Source of the DNA: Magallana gigas
Lineage: Eukaryota
DNA: 64,000 nt
Direction of reading: 5' to 3'
NCBI RefSeq assembly: GCF_963853765.1
Contig: NC_088856.1
Coordinates: 20,522,001 to 20,586,000, forward strand
In this document: positions 56,901 through 64,000 of the stretch, piece after piece
Layout: each line of letters begins with the position of its first letter
How positions within the stretch are numbered: position 1 is the first letter of the stretch
Made by a program: the position numbers and the translations under genes
The notes under the pieces: generated by a model
Told to the model about the DNA's origin: nothing
What the model saw: the letters and a program-made list of their open reading frames with translations, nothing else
The model's database searches: none

Positions 56901-58808
56901 CGTGTGATTATTTTTTCGTATTATTTTACATTATCTAAGTTTCCTGACAACATTTTGTTATGGCGTTCTAAATTTTATTTTTGATTTTTTCTTCTATACG
57001 CTACAAATAGTGCAGGTCAAGAAAAAGCTTGTTGCATATTTGCTAAAAAATGAATAGTCATTGGTGGTTTGTTGACTTTATTTAACTATAGAACGAAAAA
57101 TGAACAAGATGGAACTTAAATGTAAACATTTTATCTTTTAAAGAAATAAACACTAGAAACAAAAGTCTTTAAAATAGTTGGATTTGTTCGCTTTCAAATA
57201 GTTTTCTATGGAGCTTTAACGAAATATCTTCATGATCATTTAATATACAAATTATTAACTTGCTTAAATCACCCTAATATTTTCCTTTCATGCTTAAGAA
57301 ACAATCCTTTACTGGCTGAGTAATCATATTCCAGTTTTTATTTTTGTCAAATTCTAAAGATAAAATCATCGTTATTATATAATAAAATGAGTCAAGATGA
57401 GTCAGCAATAATGAAGAAGGCTACACTTCTTAGTTTTCCCCTATAATAGGCTGGGAATATGATATATATCATTCTGATGTTTTAATGTACTATGTGATGA
57501 CTACTAGAGTGACTGGTACGTGTAATGCAATTTACAGTGAAAATGAATTGATAAATTGGTAAAATCTCGGGAAAAACAATGAGCACTAAAACATTCAGGT
57601 CTGTGAATACTTTTTAACAAATTACTTTATTGTAAACAAAAAGATACTAGTGTGCCCTATCAGTGACTATCCTCTTTAACTATTTAATACCAAAAACTGC
57701 TGCAACATATTCATTAAATGATGCCAAATAATAAACCCACCAACAAAAAACCAATGAAAATGCAGTCAAATCATCTGCAACAAACAGTCAAAGACCCACT
57801 GATGATACTTAACACGGTGAGGGAGCCACAAGATCAGCTATCACACCAAACAAACCCCCTTTAAGGAGAAAGAGAGTTGAGAGTTCAACCTCCGACTCTA
57901 TCACCGATGACTCTACAACATCATTTGATGACCCCCAACTCAACCAGCTAAGCTCTTTACTTTACGACCGCACCAACATAATCGGGGCACCAAACAGGTT
58001 ATCAATTTGATAATGCAGAAACCATTTATCAAAACCTGTATAAGTGAACTTTTTATGCCCCATATAAAATCCCTTCAAAGTGAGACAAAATAACTAAATG
58101 ACCCGATCGATGAGATGGAACAGCACTCTCGTAGAACTTGTCTTAAATTCTCACCCATTCCTAAGGTAGGAACCAGTGAAAATACTGATAGCTTACAATG
58201 TATGTCATCAACCTGGTATTACCCAAGAAGTCATCCAAAATTTGGCTGGACCGAATAGAAAGAACCCATCGAGTCAGGCTGCGCAAGAATAATGGCAAAT
58301 CAAGAGACTTAATCCTTCTTAAAAATTACAACCACAATCCGAGTCCTTCATCAAAGGTTTTCATAAACGAGGCGTTGACTAAACTAAGATTGACTATCCT
58401 ATTTGAAGCTAGTAAACTTGTCCCCTAACAAGCTTGTCAATAGTGTGTGGACTTATGATGGTCGCATCATTGTTAAACTGGATTAAAACCGAGCAATATT
58501 CACATCAGAGGATGACCTTGAAAAACTGCAAATGCGTCTGGAGCATCCCTTTGAATATGATGAGCACTTGGCCACTTATACTCTCGTCTCTGCAAGGGAT
58601 TTAGTCGTTTAGTCGTGATGAATTCTGGCTACTAAAGCTGTTGCTCCATAGCCGCCAACATCTCTTGGTCTTTTTCAGTTTGGCCAACGTTATAACCTAT
58701 TCCCAAAAATCGAACAAACGATCTGTATATTTTCATTTTAACACTCGCATGTATTTTTTCATCATTGTAACTTAGAAGCATAACAATTTATGTTTTCTGT
58801 ATGCATAA
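53911..58808. repeat. Near-identical direct tandem duplication (period 2,452 bp)
   Basis: 53911-56356 is repeated at 56363-58808 with a CTGAAA spacer. The only difference noticed is gaacatgc versus gaaattgc at ~54277/56729. Confidence 0.97.
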
Positions 58809-60800
58809 AAAACGACTCATCGAATTTCATTTAATATATTAAGGAATCCAATCCATAATAGCCCAAGATTCAATGAATCTGCTTGCATGACAGATATGTA
58901 TGGGCTTAAAACTCAGTATACTTGAACATAATTTTCCTATTTATATCAATATAAAAGAGTAGAATGTGTCCTAATTAATTACCTTTTTCCTTTTTTTGAA
59001 GAGTTGCCCCTCCCTCATCTTCGCTGGCCAAGGGTTTTTGATACACTACGCTTCTCATGGCTAGCGAAGATGCCCCCCCCCCTTTTCTTTTATTCTTTAA
59101 AAATTAATTCTAAAACAATACACGGTATAAAACTTATCGTTTTTGTATTCCTTATGACAAAATATATCTTTTTATCAAAGCATTTATCAATATATCTAGT
59201 ATTTATATTTTTATTATAAAAAATGTGTTTGTCCCAATTAACCATAATGCAATCTTCATTAATTAATTACTTCTTAGTTAATAATATTTTTCAAAATTTC
59301 TCTAGTAAAATTTTTCTCTACTCTAAAATGTTTTAAATTAATATCAAAGTATTAAATCCATGATGGATATTCAAGGTTGGAAAAATTAGGTCCTAATATG
59401 GATCGGATACTTTAAACTTGTCACGTTTGTCAGAGGAAAAAGCTTCTTTATGTCCTGTTTATACTACTTCCTTCTTGTTCATTTAATACATATTAAATTA
59501 TCTCCATTTAACTTAATCGGCATTTCCCTTGTTTTGATATGCCTTGTAAATAAGTGTTTAGTTCATCTACCACCTCGACAATAACTAAATATAAATGCAT
59601 ATAAAAAGTTTATTTTTATTGATTTTCTACTACAATTACTATCGTTCAACCCATTTTTATTCTTTTTTAAAACCAAAACGTTTAGCTCAAAGCAGCGATT
59701 ATATATCCCTCCTTATACAATGTTACTTGATCATATCTGTTCACCCAGGAATACGTTCCTGTTGGTATGGACCATCTCGGTCATTAGCTTACACTTATTG
59801 CAATACGAAGGTAAAAGTAAAACTGTTTACATTTTTAAGTATGGAGGCTGTGCATAAAAACTTACTCTATATTTTTGATAATCATGACAAATTTTTTATG
59901 TACAGTATTTTGAACTATAAAACACAACCGATTTTACCCAATCTTGGTACGATATTGTCTTATACTTTACAGGTCCTAACTGTTTTGTATATAATTGATG
60001 GGATAAAAGTCAATTCTGACCTCACTTAAAGTTCATTTCTGTCAAATATTAAAATAGTACATAATAATGCTTTTGACCATAAGTTAAAGTGATATATTAT
60101 TTTAACGAACTCTCTGATTATGACTTAAAGGGACTATCTGAGAGTCACCTGAATAGCACAATTTCTGATATAAAGGAAGGAAATTTAGTTTTGGGGATTT
60201 TAAAAGTCTTTTATGTTAGACCGTAATAGATTTGGAGATGGATTTATGATTAATGTTAAAAACATTTACAGTTTTCTATACGCAATGACCTTAATAGTCC
60301 AGATTTTCAAATTATGGGGGTAGAAATACACTTTATTAATTGCAAATTTCTTACTGGGATCATTTATAGACCACAAAAATCTAAGACTGATAAACTTAAC
60401 AATTTAGCAGTATCATTAAATGATGCTATTGATACTGCTTTATCCATATTTTTGATGGGTGATTTCAATATTGATACGTTATCTTGCGGCAACAATGTAT
60501 TTAAGCATCATGATATATCCTGGGAAAATTGAATAGATGAACAAAGTACTTTATTAGAAAGTATACAGATGAACGCTTCACGAACAATTACTTGTATTAG
60601 GCGAAACTCATCTCAACAATACACATATCAAGAGTTAGGCTAGAAAACACTTAAGAAAGGTAGAAATAACCACAAATTTATATTATTGTTCAAAATATTT
60701 AACAATTATGCCCCTATTTACTTAAACAGTTTGTTGCTGAATGTTTTCTATCACAAAATAACTACAATCTTCGAAACTACTTAACCTATCACACCCCAGT
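55250..60800 (+). pseudogene. Decayed CR1/L2-type LINE: ORF1 remnants (~55250-56130, duplicated at ~57700-58580), endonuclease remnant (~60100-60530) and ORF2 C-terminus (~60530-60800)
   Basis: Interrupted peptides EQHSRRTCLK, DRIERTHRV, KVFINEALTKLR, VWTYDGRIIVK; GIIYRP, LMGDFNID; LLESIQMNASRTI..ELG*KTL..NHKFILLFKI..APIYL. Confidence 0.7.
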
Positions 60801-61655
60801 TACAAGAACAACAGGGTGATCTCTGAAATTGACAATATCAAGAAGGGGAAATTGATATGTATATAATAAAATGTTTTATATGTTTCATTGTCTGATCTCT
60901 TTTTGACCAGTTTACAATTTAATTATTACCAGGGGAGATCATATACTCCTGTATTGTAAGAGAATATATAATATTTTTGTAAAATATTTTGCCCCGTTTT
61001 GCATTATTGGCTATGTCATTTTAATAAATGACATTATGACATTTCACAGTCGTATATAAACAAATAGTATATATATATATCTTAAACAACGTGTCAGACG
61101 GACAATGAACAATGTTGATTATTACGATACTCGCACGTTTTGATCCACTGAAAATACACGATTTATTTTATGAATTTTAGGTTTCGTCGGTCTTATAATT
61201 CACCAGGGCGTGCAAGCAAATTTAGGACAAATTTAATACAGCGTTTAAAGGCTGATGCTCATTTGTGTGCACGGCCTGGTGTGTTTTACATGTAGGACCG
61301 ACAATCTTTAAAAATAAGCATTTGATGCTTCAATTAATTGTTGTATTACATTGTACCTCCCTGCCTCGTCTACAAATGTTATTTATCCCTCAAAGTCATT
61401 GTGTTTTCCTTAGCATAAATTTGAATTAAAAGTCACAGTAACAGCCACAAGTGTAAACTTTGATTTCCGCTTATGTTCATCATTTAAACCTAACGATACC
61501 TGTGTGATGAATGGAGTTATGCAGTAGCTTTTCACACACTTTACATTTACAAGTGTGTGTTTCTTTTTCTAAGAGAAAAGACTTTTAAGAAATGTTAGCC
61601 ACTTTTTAGGCTGTTTCTGATATTGAGACTATAACAAAATTATCAATTATTAAAC

Positions 61656-61784
61656 NNNNNNNNNNNNNNNNNNNNNNNNNNNNNNNNNNNNNNNNNNNNN
61701 NNNNNNNNNNNNNNNNNNNNNNNNNNNNNNNNNNNNNNNNNNNNNNNNNNNNNNNNNNNNNNNNNNNNNNNNNNNNNNNNNNNN
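61656..61784. other. Assembly gap (N run)
   Basis: Run of N characters. Confidence 1.
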
Positions 61785-62238
61785 AAACAAGATACAAATT
61801 GTATACAAAAGATGTAGCTTTTGCACTTTTGCCCTGTGGTCATAGGCTCGTCAATAGATTTTTAAAAGGTTTGTAAATAAAACACAAGATATATAGCATC
61901 AGTTTTGCTTTATTGTTTCAGAATATATTGACAGTGCAAAATTACAAAGAATACATCTTACATCATGAACGAAATCTAGACATTAATGACAATGTTGGCT
62001 AAACATATCAAAAGTGTCCTATGTCTCAACACCAATCCTTATTTTTTAACGCTTACTGCATCAATGCTAGTTAATGGGATCTGCATAAAAAAAATATAAA
62101 AAGAGGCAAATCCTCCTTTATATTAATATTTTTAGATTAATTAAAAATAGTACTAAATTCAATTCAGTCCCGTTGCATGTAATAAAATATTTTATTAATA
62201 ATCAAAAATGTTTTCACTTAATTATTGAGATACACTTC

Positions 62239-63353
62239 CTAAACTTTTGTAAAACATTCTTTGTAATAATCCTCAACGTTTCTAAGACGGCTATGATCTT
62301 TTTTATTTATTACATACTTAAAGTAATCATTTTTGCAATGTTCTTTTACAAACGCTGTACAATCATTTGCTAAACTAACAAACACAATCTTTTTCATGAT
62401 ATTCAAATCAAATTCAAAGAAACCGTTTTCATCAGTCAACAGATAATAACCAACCATGCTTTCACAGTATTTCGATAAATCCTCATCCTCAAATTCAGTA
62501 GCATACCTTTTCTTTAAAGAATCTAATAGTTTCTTGTCAACATTTTTAACATTTATTCTTCCATCTCTAAGACACATGTACGATAATACCAAAAACTTTC
62601 CTCTTTCTTCTACTGTTTCTGCTTTTTTTATCGAAGAGATTTCTTCACTCATCATTTTCAGTGGATAACTAAGACATTTCTTCATTTTTTCAATGCTTGG
62701 CTGTTTGTACATCCATGACACAAATGCCGGAAAACCAATGCACGCATGTGATGTTACCAGCAATTCATTTTGCAATTCAATCATTTTCTCCATTGGTTCG
62801 CGGGATACATCATATCGCGATTTTAAAGTGTTTAACATAGCTAATTTCTCACTGTCTTCTCTTTCATTTAAATCTACTTGCACATTATAAAACTTATGGT
62901 TAAATTCGTTTTCATTACATATCCAAGTATATGAAGGAATGGCGATGATAACGGGCGTTTTTTTAGCCCTATCTATAAAGTCATTGAGAGCTTCAAGGGT
63001 TTCTTTGAATTTCTCAAGCAATTGTAACTCATAAAATATGTCATCGATTATATAGATATCTATTTTGTCACTCGCTCCAAAATGCAATTGACTGAGACTA
63101 CAAATCACAGAACTTTCCTTGATGTTGCCATCCATGTGTAGATCATCGACTAAAGATTTCGCTAAAAATGTTTTACCAGATCCCTGAACTCCTGTAATCA
63201 CTACCATGCCTTCCTTAGTAAGAAAGTCTTTCGCTTTATCAAACACATTTTTTGGTCTTTGGGCTCGGTTTGTTGTTTCTATAGGAGTTCCTTGCATCAG
63301 ATCTATGGATTCTTCATCTCGTATACCAACATTTCTATTAGGTTGTCGACGAC
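62239..63353 (-). CDS. Terminal exon of an nSTAND3-like P-loop NTPase protein
   Basis: Walker A in VVITGVQGSGKTFLAKSL, Walker B in IYIIDDIF, then a helical region. Acceptor ...catag at 63355-63354. Upstream exons were not located. Confidence 0.75.
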
Positions 63354-63775
63354 CTATGTATTGTTTGAAATGTGGAAATACATATACAAGTTTCACTTTT
63401 GTTAAAAACATTAAAAGTAAAAAATCTGAATTTCTTAGTTTGCAAAAAATATAATTGACAAAAAGATTGTACACAGGGGTTCAGAAACAAATTGAAATTT
63501 AAAAAAAAACATTCGTTTTAATATAATAAGAAAATAAAACAAGAGGCACACATGCCTTGACAGTCAACCGGGTATCATAACCCATAGAATGACTTATAGT
63601 CGCATGTTTGCATTTTACAATGAAAGTTTTATTTTGAAGTCTAAACCCTAAGCTAAGACTCCGCCGACCGTTACTCCCTTTAGTATTTGTTCTTTGAAAA
63701 TCAATGATTCATAAAAATATTGCGGGAGGGAGGGAGGAGGAGGGGGGTTGGTTTGTTTGGTTCAAAAATTCGATT

Positions 63776-63806
<31 letters not shown>

Positions 63807-64000
63807 TAATTTGAATTTGAATCGCCACAATAAATCCTTTTTCTTGGTTCCGGGGATGAATAAACACAAAAATAAATCCAATGCTCAAACAACTTTTATA
63901 TATATATACATATATATATATATATGTACATATACATGTATATACATATATATGTATATACACCTTAGCTCCAAATTGTAAAGATTTGGTAAAGAGAAAT

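Overview
AT-rich, intron-rich animal genomic DNA, most likely an oyster (Crassostrea/Magallana; inferred from a Cg170-like 165-167 bp satellite inside a Helentron-type element). Host genes rebuilt by hand from GT-AG exons: a TOMM6-like microprotein, SNRPF and MED20 head-to-head, urocanate hydratase (UROC1), two tandem secreted PAN/C-type lectin paralogs, an nSTAND3-like NTPase exon and the last exon of a membrane protein. There are also many MITEs, two LINE remnants, a near-identical 2,452-bp tandem duplication and two assembly gaps. The main discovery is a young, apparently intact 7,027-bp DNA transposon (4703-11729) with CAGG...CCTG ends, ~97-bp TIRs and a 5-bp TTGAA TSD. It encodes a 12-exon, 855-aa DDE-like transposase distantly resembling Academ/Transib enzymes. 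On the opposite strand, and mutually interleaved with the transposase gene, it encodes a 4-exon, 211-aa protein that joins a MADS-box-like domain to a RAG2-like non-canonical PHD finger. All family assignments come from motif recognition by eye, not database searches.
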